Shown here: positions 50,013 through 59,669 of the stretch, piece after piece
Position numbering within the stretch: the stretch's first letter is position 1
How the letters are laid out: every line of letters starts with the position of its first letter
Virus record (IMG/VR): IMGVR_UViG_2636416124_000002
Span: 18,123-82,122 of that record
Strand: one strand, 5' to 3'
DNA from: a virus
Taxonomy: Duplodnaviria; Caudoviricetes
Length of the DNA stretch: 64,000 bases
The notes under the pieces: model-generated
The model's input: only the letters and a program-made list of their open reading frames with translations
Databases searched by the model: none
Told to the model about the DNA's origin: nothing
Made by a program: the position numbers and the translations under genes

Positions 50013-50026
50013 GAAACGAGACCCCA

Positions 50027-50371
50027 GTGAAGATCTTCGGTCGCGAGCCCGCCCTCATCATCGCCACCATCTCCGCCGCCCTCTCCCTCCTCGTCAGCTT
50101 CGGCTTCGGGCTCAGCGCCGAACAGGCCGGCGCGATCATCGCCGTCATCAGCGCCGTGTTCGCCGCAGCGACCGCCGCCATCACCCGGCCCATCGCCCCG
50201 TCCGCGTTCACCGGACTCGTCGCCGCCACAGTCGCCCTCCTCGCCGCCTACGGGCTCAACGTCTCCGCCGAGACCGTCGGCGCCCTCAACGCCGTCGTCC
50301 TCGCCGTCCTCGGCCTCATGACCCGCGGCCAGGTCACCCCGGCCAAGCCGACCACACCCACAGGCAGCTGA
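50027..50371 (+). CDS. Holin
   Basis: KIFGREPAL...four hydrophobic helices...RGQVTP. Confidence 0.85.
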   Translation: MKIFGREPALIIATISAALSLLVSFGFGLSAEQAGAIIAVISAVFAAATAAITRPIAPSAFTGLVAATVALLAAYGLNVSAETVGALNAVVLAVLGLMTRGQVTPAKPTTPTGS

Positions 50372-50804
50372 TGCGCGCGGCGGCCCGGCGGCTCCGAAAG
50401 CGACTGGGCCGCCGCGGGCAGATCCTCCTCATCTTCGGCATCGGCAAAGTCTGCTGGGGCGTCGGATTCATCGTCACCCCAGTCACCACCGCACCAGGCC
50501 TCAAACTCCTCACCGACCGATGCAGCCTCGCCGCCTGGGCCTGGCTCTGGATCATCGCCGGACTCGCCTGCATCGGCTGCGCCTTCCTCCGCATAGGCCG
50601 CGACCTCCTCGGCTTCCTCGCAGCCCTCGCACCCCCTCCGTCTGGGCACTGGCCTACGGGTACGCCGCCCTCACCGGCGAGTACGCGCGCGGCACCACCG
50701 TCGCGATCTGGTACCTCACCTCGCACGTCGGGGTCATCATGTGGGCCGCCACCGTCCCGGAACACTCCGTCCCGAGGCGCGCCCGGAAAGGCAAGGCCCC
50801 GTGA
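50371..50804 (+). CDS. Multi-TM lysis-cassette protein (frameshift near 50632)
   Basis: RLGRRGQILL...WAWLW; hydrophobic. Confidence 0.7.
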
Positions 50805-51163
50805 ACATCACGGAGATCGCCGCAGTGGCCACCGCGGCGGGCGCAGTCCTCGGCGGCGGAGGCTTCTTCGTCGCCCGCGCCACCCTCAGAGCCGCACAGG
50901 CCACAGCCCGCGCCAACGAAGCAGTCGCGGCGATCAACGCCGGGCCGCAAGGCCGGGCGCAAGACCTAGCCGTCCTCAAGGCCACCGTCGAACGAGTCGA
51001 CGAAGAGAACGGGGCCCTCCGCGGGCGCATGTCACGCCTGGAGTCCCTCCTGCGCGCGTTCTCGTGGACCACCGACCGGTGGGCAGGTCAGATGCACCGA
51101 GCCGGAATCGAACCAGAGCCAGTCCACCCGCTCGTCGACGAGTACAACCGGACAGGAGTCTGA
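50801..51163 (+). CDS. TM plus coiled-coil lysis-associated protein
   Basis: N-terminal TM helix, then a coiled coil. Confidence 0.7.
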   Translation: MNITEIAAVATAAGAVLGGGGFFVARATLRAAQATARANEAVAAINAGPQGRAQDLAVLKATVERVDEENGALRGRMSRLESLLRAFSWTTDRWAGQMHRAGIEPEPVHPLVDEYNRTGV

Positions 51164-51227
51164 GCATGCCGTTCCCCGAGGGCACCCTCCAGTTGATGTC
51201 GACCGTCCCCGCGATCCGCACATGACC

Positions 51228-51259
51228 GCGCCCCCTCGGCCACATGACCGAGGGGGCGC
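51228..51259. terminator. Terminator hairpin
   Basis: GCGCCCCCTCGG...CCGAGGGGGCGC between convergent genes. Confidence 0.7.
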
Positions 51260-51274
51260 AGGCTGGCAGTGTGG

Positions 51275-51864
51275 TCAGCCGACGTCACCGCGAACGCTGT
51301 CACCGATGAGCCCATCGGTGTACGTCACGTACTTGGCGTCGAACTTGCCCTTACCAGTGATCGTTCCAGTGACGTTCTCGCCAGGGGCGAGCGTGACCGT
51401 GTCCAGCTGGTCCTCGTCAACACCAAGCTCGGCAGTGTGCTTGCTGCCGCCTGTGTCGGTGATGGTGACGTACAGCGGGTTGATCTCGATGTTGTCCTTG
51501 CTGTTGTTCGTGATGGTGACCTGGACGCTGGTGTAGTCGTCGCCCTGGGCGAGGATGCTCTTCTTGAACTCCGCCTTCTTCGCGGTGACGGTCACCGGGG
51601 CCTTCTTGGCCGGCTCTGCTTCTTCCTTCTTCGGCTCGTCCTTCTTGGTTTCGCCCTGGGTGGCGGCGGGTTTGGTTGCCGAAGGCTCGTCGTTGCCGCC
51701 GCCTCCTGCCACGGCGGCGATGATCCCGATGAGGATGAACACGCCGACGATGCCAAGGCACCCGAAGCCGATGATCTTCCCGGTCTTCTTCTTCGGTGCT
51801 GGCGGCGGCTGCTGGCCCACCCCGGCTGCTGCGACTGTCCGGGCTGAGGCTGCTGGTACGACAT
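51275..51864 (-). CDS. DUF4352-like membrane-anchored protein (frameshift near 51820)
   Basis: TM KIIGFGCLGIVGVFILIG; VQVTITNN...INPLY...TLAPGENVTG. Confidence 0.75.
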
Positions 51865-52061
51865 GCGTCCCCCTACGTGCGGATCTGGAGGCACGACCGT
51901 AGCGAGCTGATCACGTGTCAGGGAGCAAGACCAACCGGAGGTGACGGAGTTGTGACCAAACAGCGGGGGAGAGGTGCGGGTGACCTGCCGCATCGTGGGG
52001 TGCCGGGCGCCCCAAGTCCGTACACTGAAACCGGCGCGGGGCCAGAACAGCTAGGAGCACC

Positions 52062-52607
52062 ATGTTCAAGATCCCCGACCGTGTCGCGGACCTCTTCGGC
52101 GACCAAACCATCCGCGTCGAGTTCCAGCAGGCACTCCTCGCCGTCGGCCAAGTCCAGGGCTACGAGATGAAGTACCTGGAAGACGGACCTTTCTCCGAAG
52201 CCGCCCGCATCACCCATGAACGGCTTCACGGAGTCGACCTCCAGGCTGTCCCAGAGGGGCAGCGCAGCCTAGTCGCCGGCGCCAGAGCTCTCTCCCGTCG
52301 GCTCATCACTTCCGGCTACGCCATCCACCAGGCCGCCAAGGCGGGTGAGCGAGCCCAAGGAGACTGGAGTGACCTTCTCGCCTTCGCTCGGGAGAAGTGC
52401 GCAGGCAGTGCACAGATCGCGGACAACGCTGGATGGGAGCGCTGCTACACCTACATCCTCGACCGGGCCGAGGCGGCGCTAGAGTCCGAGCGGTCCGCGG
52501 AGGACCGCGATGCGGGGTACGCCGTCCTCCGCCACCTCGCGTCGTTCTACCGGGCTGACGCCGGGTTCCAGCCCAGCTGGTACATCCAGGTGCCCGAAGC
52601 GAGCTGA
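52062..52607 (+). CDS. Hypothetical alpha-helical protein
   Basis: AGGAG RBS; 181 aa. Confidence 0.7.
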   Translation: MFKIPDRVADLFGDQTIRVEFQQALLAVGQVQGYEMKYLEDGPFSEAARITHERLHGVDLQAVPEGQRSLVAGARALSRRLITSGYAIHQAAKAGERAQGDWSDLLAFAREKCAGSAQIADNAGWERCYTYILDRAEAALESERSAEDRDAGYAVLRHLASFYRADAGFQPSWYIQVPEAS

Positions 52608-52659
52608 CCCCCGCGCGACTGCGCCCCGCTCTCATCCGAGGGCGGGGCGCAGTGCTGTG

Positions 52660-52848
52660 TCATCGGCCCTGTTGTACCGCTTGGGCCAGTTCCCGCAGCG
52701 CTGCTCCGATAGAGAGGAGGGCGTGGGTCTGCGCGTCTGTGCTTAGCCGTTGCGCCACGTCAGGCTTGTTGGCATTGGCGGCCGACTGCGCCATCTCCAT
52801 CCGGTCGATCGATCGCGCCTGCAGTGATTCGAAATCCGGCAGCGGCAC
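52660..52848 (-). CDS. Hypothetical protein
   Basis: GAGGGG RBS; AQTHALLSIGAAL. Confidence 0.5.
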   Translation of the reverse strand: MPLPDFESLQARSIDRMEMAQSAANANKPDVAQRLSTDAQTHALLSIGAALRELAQAVQQGR

Positions 52849-52948
52849 AGGTGCCCCCTCAGGTCGTCTGACTTGTCCGGAAGAGTCTCCCCGGCCGGGG
52901 GCGCGCTGTCAGTAGCGCCTTCGCGTGCCAGGTAGAGCGAACCGAGCT

Positions 52949-53452
52949 CTACCTGGCCGGGCGTCGCCCAAGATGAGCTGGTGGGCGATCTGTATCAAGC
53001 TCGCGCCGTATCGCAGCCTCAAGCGAGTCGAACGCGCGCCCGCCTTCCACGCGCAGCCGCATCTGGGCAGTGTCCCTGTCTACTTGGGCCAGCGTGTGGG
53101 ACATGTGAACGTGCCCGACGACGGCAAGAACCTCATTGAAGGCTCGGTTGACCTGCCGACTCCCCATAGCCGCGCCGCGAGCGCCAAGACGTGCCCGTTC
53201 CAGAGGAGGCAGCCGCAAGTCTTCGAAGCGGACCGTGGCCTGGGCAGTCTCGTCCAACATGGCGTACTGGCACCATTCACGCTCGGCCAGCGCCTCGACG
53301 AGCATGTCGGCGTAGAGCGACGATCGTTGATCTCGCGCCCATCGGGCGTGCTCTTGGCGCAACGCGTACCGGAAGGCGAGCCACGGGACAGCGATAGCCA
53401 CAGCGGAGGCGCTTGCCGCTGCCGCAAGGGCGATGACGCTCTCGGAGTTCAC
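52949..53452 (-). CDS. N-terminal TM helical protein (KilB-like architecture)
   Basis: VIALAAAASASAVAIAVPWLAF...RSSLYADML. Confidence 0.65.
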   Translation of the reverse strand: MNSESVIALAAAASASAVAIAVPWLAFRYALRQEHARWARDQRSSLYADMLVEALAEREWCQYAMLDETAQATVRFEDLRLPPLERARLGARGAAMGSRQVNRAFNEVLAVVGHVHMSHTLAQVDRDTAQMRLRVEGGRAFDSLEAAIRRELDTDRPPAHLGRRPAR

Positions 53453-53583
53453 TGCATCATCGTATGAGTCCGGCTGGATGGGCGTTCATCAATCGGTCGA
53501 TAGGTGAAGCAGGGGGAATCGAGTGCGCTCGAGCTGACAGGAATCCCGAAGTCGTTCACCAAAGGGTTCAGCAACAGGTATCG

Positions 53584-53614
53584 TTCAACTACCTACTCCA
53601 TCCCCTTAGTTGAA
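53584..53614. promoter_or_regulatory. Inverted repeat, candidate res subsite
   Basis: TTCAACTA-N15-TAGTTGAA directly upstream of the resolvase. Confidence 0.5.
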
Positions 53615-53624
53615 GCGAGGCTGC

Positions 53625-54233
53625 ATGGCCCTGGTCGGACTCGTCCGCGTATCCACTGACAAGCAGAACGTCGACCGACAGCACGACGCGCTCGGACCCA
53701 TTTGCGTCAAGGTCTTCGAGGAGAAGGTCTCCGGGAAGCTGGCCGTCGCCGAACGCCCCGGTCTCAGTGCCGCCCTCGAGTACCTCCGCGACGGAGACAT
53801 GCTCTGCGTCCAAGAAGTCGACCGTCTCGGGCGCGACACTCTCACCGGGCTCATGACGCTTGCCGAGCTCTTTCAGCGCAACATCGCCGTCAAAGTCCTC
53901 GAGGGCGTCGGCGCTGGCGAGCACACCGAAATGAACCTCCTCCTCGAGCTCGCACTCGTCCTGGCCTCCGAGCGCCGACGCGACATCGTGAAGAAGACCA
54001 AGAACGGACTGGAGGCCGCTCGAGCTCGTGGGCGAGTCGGCGGTCGGCGCCCCGTCATGACCGAGCCTCTCGTCGTCCAGGCTGTTGCGCTGCGGAACAA
54101 GGGCTACAGCCTCAAGCAGATCCAGCCCCACCTCCGCATCGGCGAGGGCAAGAACAAGGGGAAGAACCCAAGCATCGGCGCCATCTCCCAGGCGCTCCGG
54201 GACCACGACGCGGCCAAGGGGGTAGCAGAGTGA
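53625..54233 (+). CDS. Small serine recombinase (resolvase/invertase)
   Basis: VRVST, EKVSG, DRLGR, ERRRDIVKKTKNGLEAARARGRVGGRRP, C-terminal HTH. Confidence 0.93.
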   Translation: MALVGLVRVSTDKQNVDRQHDALGPICVKVFEEKVSGKLAVAERPGLSAALEYLRDGDMLCVQEVDRLGRDTLTGLMTLAELFQRNIAVKVLEGVGAGEHTEMNLLLELALVLASERRRDIVKKTKNGLEAARARGRVGGRRPVMTEPLVVQAVALRNKGYSLKQIQPHLRIGEGKNKGKNPSIGAISQALRDHDAAKGVAE

Positions 54234-55543
54234 TGGATCGAACGAGCGGACAGCCGCAGCCCTGGGACATCAGTTCGAAGGCCACCGTCCACATCGCTGC
54301 GCTGATGGATCTGTTTCGCCAGGCATGCCAGCGCCAGAAGTTGGTGCCGAGCGCAGAGCGAGGGCTGGCCGGTTGGACCGATGTCAGGTGCAAGGACGGG
54401 CACGAGTTCAGCCTCAGGGTGCTGGACGTTGTGTCGACCTCTAGGCCCTTCGGGCTGGAACCGGACGAGCCGTGGTGCCAGAAGTGCAGCAGCGCCGAGT
54501 GGGTCAAGGAGTGCCTGGCCGTTCTGCAGTCTGTAGCTGCAGCTCAGGGCGTAGAGCTCAAGGTGACGGAGAGGGATGACGAGAGCGGTGAGGGGCACGT
54601 CGTGTTCGCGGCGAAGTGCCCGAAGGGGCACCGGTTCGACGCAACAGGGCGTGACGCGAACTGGCGCGGAGAACCGGTTGAGGTTCTATGCCCCGACTGC
54701 TACCAGGCTGCGAAGATCGCCGAAGGGTTCGCCAAGGTTGAGGCGGTCCTTCGCGAGACTCGGGCCACCATGACGAAGAGGTACCGAAACGCCGCAGAGA
54801 TCAGGTGCCGTCGCGGCCACCCGCACACGTTCCACGTGGACAGTCCGGATGGACGGCAGGCCATCCGTCCAAACTTCTGTGGGCCCTGCGCCAAGTTGGT
54901 CACGTTTCAGGAGTTCTCGGAGGCAGCTAAGGATCTCGGCGTCACTGTGCTCGAGTCGCAGTGGATAGCCAAGTCGCGGTCTCACCGGGCAGTCTGCTTC
55001 GCCGGACACGAGTTCGGCCTCGTCCCGAACAAGATGAAGCGCGGATGCCCCGAGTGCCCACGGGGGATGTATGGCGGAGCCGTCCCGCCTCACGACGTGT
55101 ATTACGTCGTCAGCGGGTTGGACGCCGCGACAGGCAAGGAGACCGTGAAGCCGGGCATCAGCTCCGGGGTTGGCTACAACCGGCTTCGGCAGCACGCCGA
55201 GGATGGGCTGACCACCCAGCATCTCCGAATCTGCGGGCTGCCCCTCGGGATGGCGCGAGTACTGGAAGGGTTCGTCCTGGGTGGGCTCGACGGCGAAGGC
55301 TGGCTGTCCACCCGCGGGGTCGAGTACTTCCCAGCAGAGGCGCTGCAGGACGTCATGGACTTGGTGGGCGAGTGGTTCACGGATCAGCCAGGGCTGACCA
55401 TCCGCCCCGTGGTCGTTGACGTCGACGAGGTGTACGGCGTCGCAGAGACGTCCGCAGCTCGTGAGGTTGTGGACCTGGACGTTGACTCTGCCGTGGTGTT
55501 CGACTCCGGCGACCTGACGCCTGTTGCGGCGTTGACGCGCTGA
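54233..55543 (+). CDS. Four Zn-ribbon repeats plus a C-terminal GIY-YIG/T5orf172-like domain
   Basis: CxxGH...CxxC four times; VYYVV...VKPGISS...NRLRQH...E...EYF. Confidence 0.7.
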   Translation: MDRTSGQPQPWDISSKATVHIAALMDLFRQACQRQKLVPSAERGLAGWTDVRCKDGHEFSLRVLDVVSTSRPFGLEPDEPWCQKCSSAEWVKECLAVLQSVAAAQGVELKVTERDDESGEGHVVFAAKCPKGHRFDATGRDANWRGEPVEVLCPDCYQAAKIAEGFAKVEAVLRETRATMTKRYRNAAEIRCRRGHPHTFHVDSPDGRQAIRPNFCGPCAKLVTFQEFSEAAKDLGVTVLESQWIAKSRSHRAVCFAGHEFGLVPNKMKRGCPECPRGMYGGAVPPHDVYYVVSGLDAATGKETVKPGISSGVGYNRLRQHAEDGLTTQHLRICGLPLGMARVLEGFVLGGLDGEGWLSTRGVEYFPAEALQDVMDLVGEWFTDQPGLTIRPVVVDVDEVYGVAETSAAREVVDLDVDSAVVFDSGDLTPVAALTR

Positions 55544-55757
55544 CTGCACCCTGATCAACCGTTTCCGGTCACACCTCTACCCCTGTGGCCGGTTCGGGTG
55601 CATCGTTGCCTTTGTGAGACCCCTCCTTCCAGGGCGAGGTTTCCACCCCCAGGCCCTGCCCGCTGACCCCCTGCGGGCGAGGCCTGCCGCTCCTCCCGGC
55701 TCCTCGCGGGAGGCTCCGCGGCTGCCCTCAGCCAGTTCGCATCGCTGGAGTGTTCGC

Positions 55758-56056
55758 ATGCCCTTCGAGATCCGACCGGGTGAGACCCCCAGTGCTTTGA
55801 CCTATACGAGGGTGAGGACAGGATCGGAGAAGTCGTCTACGCCCCAGCCGAGGATGATTTCCCTGAAGCCTGGGATGTCCGCGTGTGGAACGTGGCGAAT
55901 TCCGCCCAGGCGTGGAGCGACTCGGCGGGCACGGTCGAGGACGTGGCGGAACTGGCGCGGATCTTCTATCGAGAGCTGGTCGATGCACGCCGGGGCGAGA
56001 CCGGCAAGAGCGTTTCTGCGATCAGCACTCCGATGGGCGGCCAGCGCCGCAGGTAG
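55758..56056 (+). CDS. Hypothetical protein (frameshift in C-run near 55788)
   Basis: Repaired reading: MPFEIRPGETPQCFDLYEG...ISTPMGGQRRR. Confidence 0.55.
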
Positions 56057-56059
56057 CCG

Positions 56060-56927
56060 CTACCGCATGCGGGTGACGGTGAGCGTCCCGTGCCTGCCTG
56101 AGCCGGCGAGCACCTCGACGACGAGGTCGGATTCGACTCGGGTGTACGTCTCCCCTTCGGCCTGCCGCTCCCCGAGTACCTCGGCCGCGCCGAGCGCCTT
56201 TGCGATGCGCCCGGCGAGTACGGGGTCGAGCCGTGCGGATAGCCGGATGGGTGCACCTTCGTCGCCGGTGGCGAGTGCGAGCCGGTGTGGCCGGCGTCGG
56301 GGTCCGAGGTAGCCGACGACGAGTGCGTCTTCGGTGTCGGCGTGCCGGACCTTGAGCCAGTCGCGCCGGCCGAGCGGGTAGGGGCTGTCCCCTTCTTGGC
56401 GACGATCCCTTCGATGCCCTGCTCCTGAAGCCCGTCGTACCAGGCGATGGCGACGTCCCGGTCGTCGGTGGCGGGTACGGCTTGGATGGGTGGCGGGATG
56501 TCGTGGAGCAGGCCGACAAGGAGCTGCCGCCGCTCCGTGTAGGGGAGTCCGGTGACCTGCCCTCGGTCGGGGTGCTCGAGGACGTCCCAGGCGAGGTAGG
56601 AGGCGGGGTGTTGTGCGGCGAGGGCCCGGGCCCGGGTGATGGAGGAGGCGGCCCGGGACTGGGCGGCGGCGAAGCTGATCTTCCCGTCTTTCCAGATGAC
56701 GGCTTCTCCGTCGAGCGTGGTGCCGGGTGGTAGCTGCATGCCTGCGACGGCGAGGTCTATCCAGTGGCTGGTGACGACCCGACCTGAGCGGGCGTAGAGG
56801 ATAGTGGTCTCCTCGGTGCGCCGGAGGATGGTGCGGTGTCCGTCGAATTTGGGCTCGTACCACCAGTCGGGCCCGTCGGGGATGACGGGTACGGCTTGGG
56901 CGAGGGCGGGTTTGACCGGGTGCTCCA
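56060..56927 (-). CDS. ATP-dependent DNA ligase, LigC/D ligase-domain type (frameshift in G-run near 56392)
   Basis: YEPKFDGHR, TLDGEAV, WDVL, EGIVAK, WLKVR. Confidence 0.9.
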
Positions 56928-56969
56928 CAGCTTGATCCTGCGTTGGGGTGTCATGGGACGCGCGCCGGG

Positions 56970-57316
56970 TTACTCCAGGAGTCCGAGTTCGGTGTCCGGC
57001 TTGCAGAACTGGCATGCGCGGAGGCCGTCAGCCAGTAGGCGGCGGGCCTCTTCCCGGGTCACGGCCTTCCGTCGCCGGTGTGCCCACATGATGCATCCGC
57101 CGAGGTGTACCTCTTCTGGGGTGCCGCTGAGTTGGTGTACGCCGATCATCCATGAGGGTGGTGGTGGGGTGTTGCGGCTCGGCGTTCTTGGGCTGCCTGG
57201 GCTTCGCGTTCTTGTTGCTCGGCTGTCTGGATTGCCTGGTCGATGCGTTGGAGCCACATGGCGTGCCAGGTTCGCAGTGTGCGGAGGCGGTCCAGGTCGG
57301 GCGGCAGATCGTACAT
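56970..57316 (-). CDS. DUF6233-family protein (frameshift near 57160)
   Basis: MYDLPPDLDRLRTLRTW...VHLGGC...ACQFCKPDTELG. Confidence 0.8.
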
Positions 57317-57324
57317 GTGTTCGA
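57309..57324. promoter_or_regulatory. LexA (SOS) box
   Basis: TCGTAC-ATGT-GTTCGA, one mismatch from the actinobacterial TCGAAC-N4-GTTCGA consensus; it covers the DUF6233 start codon. Confidence 0.7.
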
Positions 57325-57452
57325 GTCTAGTGCGGTCCATCTTCTTGTTCGCAAGGAAGGGGAAGTAACGTGAGCTAACAGCAGACAGATGAGTCGTGTC
57401 GAGCTAGTCTCATTAGGCAGACATCAATTCACGTCTGTAGAAACGAGGGCTG

Positions 57453-57875
57453 GTGAAGATCACGATCACCGTCGAGCAGCCCACCGGAGACTTCCAGAAG
57501 AAGCTCCTGGCCCTGCTCGCCGACCACGCCGCCGACATCGAACCCGACACCACCTGGACCAAGGAACGAGCCGAGCGCCTCTACCTGGCCCTGCCGACCA
57601 ACGCGCGCCGCATCATCAAGGAAGCCGCCAACCGTGGCGGCTTCGTCTCCGCCGACGACCTACGCAGCGGCGAGGACAGCAGCCTGCGCGGCCACAGCGC
57701 CGCCATCAAGCGGGCCGTCGACAGGGGCGCACGAAGCGGCTGGTGGCCGAACACCCTTGAGTCGCCGGTCCAGGCTCAAGGCCCCGGCTTCGGCAAGGTC
57801 GTCGGCTACCTCATTCCTGCCGACCTCGTCGAGGTGTTCAAGCACGCCGCCAACAAGCCCAGCCGAGACTGGTAA
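57453..57875 (+). CDS. wHTH-like protein
   Basis: WTKERAERLYLALP...IIKEAANRGG; GAGGG RBS. Confidence 0.65.
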   Translation: MKITITVEQPTGDFQKKLLALLADHAADIEPDTTWTKERAERLYLALPTNARRIIKEAANRGGFVSADDLRSGEDSSLRGHSAAIKRAVDRGARSGWWPNTLESPVQAQGPGFGKVVGYLIPADLVEVFKHAANKPSRDW

Positions 57876-57902
57876 CCCACCCCACCACAAGGAGGCACGA
57901 TC

Positions 57903-58649
57903 ATGGGACGTGAAGTCCGACGAGTTCCGCTCGACTTCGACTGGCCGCAGAACAAGGTGTGGGAAGGGTTCCTCACCCCCGATCGCCTGCATGAGGACCG
58001 CTGCCCTGACTGCACTCGCGGCTACACCGCAGCTGCTGAATGGCTCCAGGTTTTCGCCAGCAGGATGGACATGCTTGGCAGCGACATCGCCGACCAGCGG
58101 CGCGGACGCCCCCTTCACCCTTGGCTTGCGCAGGACAGCTACCCGCCGAACGATGCCCAGTACCAGGTGGTGCGCCCGTCCGAGGACATCCTCGACCTCC
58201 TCGCCGGTCTTACCGGTGAGAGCAAGGACCGCTCTCTGCATCCGCTGCGGGGCGGGGATGGTTACCGCATCGCCCGGAAGATCGTCGAAGCTGCCGGGCT
58301 CGACTCGAAGACGTGGGGCGTCTGCCCGACATGCAATGGGCACGGCAGCATCGAGAAGTACGAGGGGCAGCGCGCTGAGGCCGAGGCGTGGGAGCCGAGT
58401 GGCCCGCCCGAGGGTGAAGGTTGGCAGCTATGGGAGACGGTCAGTGAGGGGTCTCCGATCAGCCCCGTGTTCGGATCGGCCGACGGCTTGGCCGAGTGGA
58501 TGTCGGACCCGGCGCGAGGTGACCGTTGGGTGCCTGGCGATGTGGCCAGGAAGTTCATCGATGAGGGCTGGGCCCCGACTGGCGTTATGTCCTTCAGCCA
58601 GGGTCTCCAGTCCGGCGTAGAGGCGATCGGCTGGAACGACAAGGCCTGA
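57903..58649 (+). CDS. Phage protein with a split DnaJ-like Zn finger
   Basis: CPDCTRG...CPTCNGHG; PPEGEGWQLWETVSEGSPISPVF. Confidence 0.75.
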   Translation: MGREVRRVPLDFDWPQNKVWEGFLTPDRLHEDRCPDCTRGYTAAAEWLQVFASRMDMLGSDIADQRRGRPLHPWLAQDSYPPNDAQYQVVRPSEDILDLLAGLTGESKDRSLHPLRGGDGYRIARKIVEAAGLDSKTWGVCPTCNGHGSIEKYEGQRAEAEAWEPSGPPEGEGWQLWETVSEGSPISPVFGSADGLAEWMSDPARGDRWVPGDVARKFIDEGWAPTGVMSFSQGLQSGVEAIGWNDKA

Positions 58650-58659
58650 CCCGCACAGC

Positions 58660-58697
58660 GCGACGCCCCGGCCACCTCTAATGGCCGGGGCGTCGCC
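58660..58697 (+). terminator. Terminator hairpin
   Basis: GCGACGCCCCGGCCA...TGGCCGGGGCGTCGC. Confidence 0.75.
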
Positions 58698-58766
58698 GTG
58701 TCAGCGTATCGCCCACCCCGCCCCGCCTTCCCTGCCACACTCGTCACCCAACCTGGGAGGACCCTG

Positions 58767-59144
58767 ATGAACGACCCGCTCGACCCCGACAGACCCACAC
58801 CCCACCGCCGCGCCCGAATATGGCTGGCCGCAGGGGGTTTCCTGCTGCTGGTGGCCGGTGCTGCCGCTGGCGGGCACTTCGCTGGCCGACCCGACCGGGA
58901 CGTGACGGCAGACCCGTGTGAGGGGATCCGGCAGCAGATGCTGGACATGCGGGCGGAGGCTGATGCGAACCCGGACCGGGCTGCGGACATCACCCGGGTT
59001 CAGGCGAACATGGTGTTGCAGAACCCCGAGTGCTTCCCGGCGAGGCTGCGCGCTGCCGTGCAGGCCGGGCTGGACGCGGCTGATCAGGAGGCGGCGGCGC
59101 AGGCCCTGTGTGATGCCTCGGATCGTCCTTGGTGGGAATGCTGA
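58767..59144 (+). CDS. Membrane-anchored Cys-containing protein
   Basis: TM IWLAAGGFLLLVAGAAAGG; DPC...NPECFP...C..WWEC. Confidence 0.65.
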   Translation: MNDPLDPDRPTPHRRARIWLAAGGFLLLVAGAAAGGHFAGRPDRDVTADPCEGIRQQMLDMRAEADANPDRAADITRVQANMVLQNPECFPARLRAAVQAGLDAADQEAAAQALCDASDRPWWEC

Positions 59145-59224
59145 CGGTGGCCGCCACCGCCCTGCCACACTGGTACTGCCCTCGTCGCCTCCCCCGTCGA
59201 CGGGGGCACCCCGAGGAGGACACT

Positions 59225-59458
59225 GTGACGCACCGCCCGTACCCGAGCGTTGACCGCGCCCGTTCCCAGCTCGACCGGCACGTCCACACCGTGGAGGTCC
59301 CTGAGTGGCGGGAGAAGGTGGCAGCCGATGCCCGTCGTGCTCTCGCGGTGGCCGCCGAGGTCATGGAGCCCATGACCCGCGTGGGTCGCTTCACGGACCG
59401 AGAGTGGGAGAGTGCCGTGGGCGGGCCGTGCTGGCAGGAGGGCTTGAAGACCGGGTGA
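59225..59458 (+). CDS. Hypothetical protein
   Basis: GAGGAGG RBS; HRPYPSVDRARSQL. Confidence 0.55.
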   Translation: MTHRPYPSVDRARSQLDRHVHTVEVPEWREKVAADARRALAVAAEVMEPMTRVGRFTDREWESAVGGPCWQEGLKTG

Positions 59459-59669
59459 GCCGCCACGCCGGACCTGATGGCTCTCGGGTTGTCGGCGCCC
59501 ACCCGTAGGCTTTTCACATCAACCCAGGGCCCGTGGCCCGCGATCAGGGGTTGCTTCTGAACCCGCCCCGCCCGAGTGGAACCGGACGGGGCGGGGCTGC
59601 GTCCGGGGGTTTTCCCGGAGGTCCGTGAAAACGCAGGTCAGGGCCATGTTGCGCATCTGCGCAACATGG

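Noticed and set aside
53625-54233. Resolvase as the prophage integrase or a tail-fibre invertase
   Set aside because: It is about 200 aa with no large-serine-recombinase or Zn-ribbon domains, and no invertible fibre segment with flanking inverted repeats was seen.
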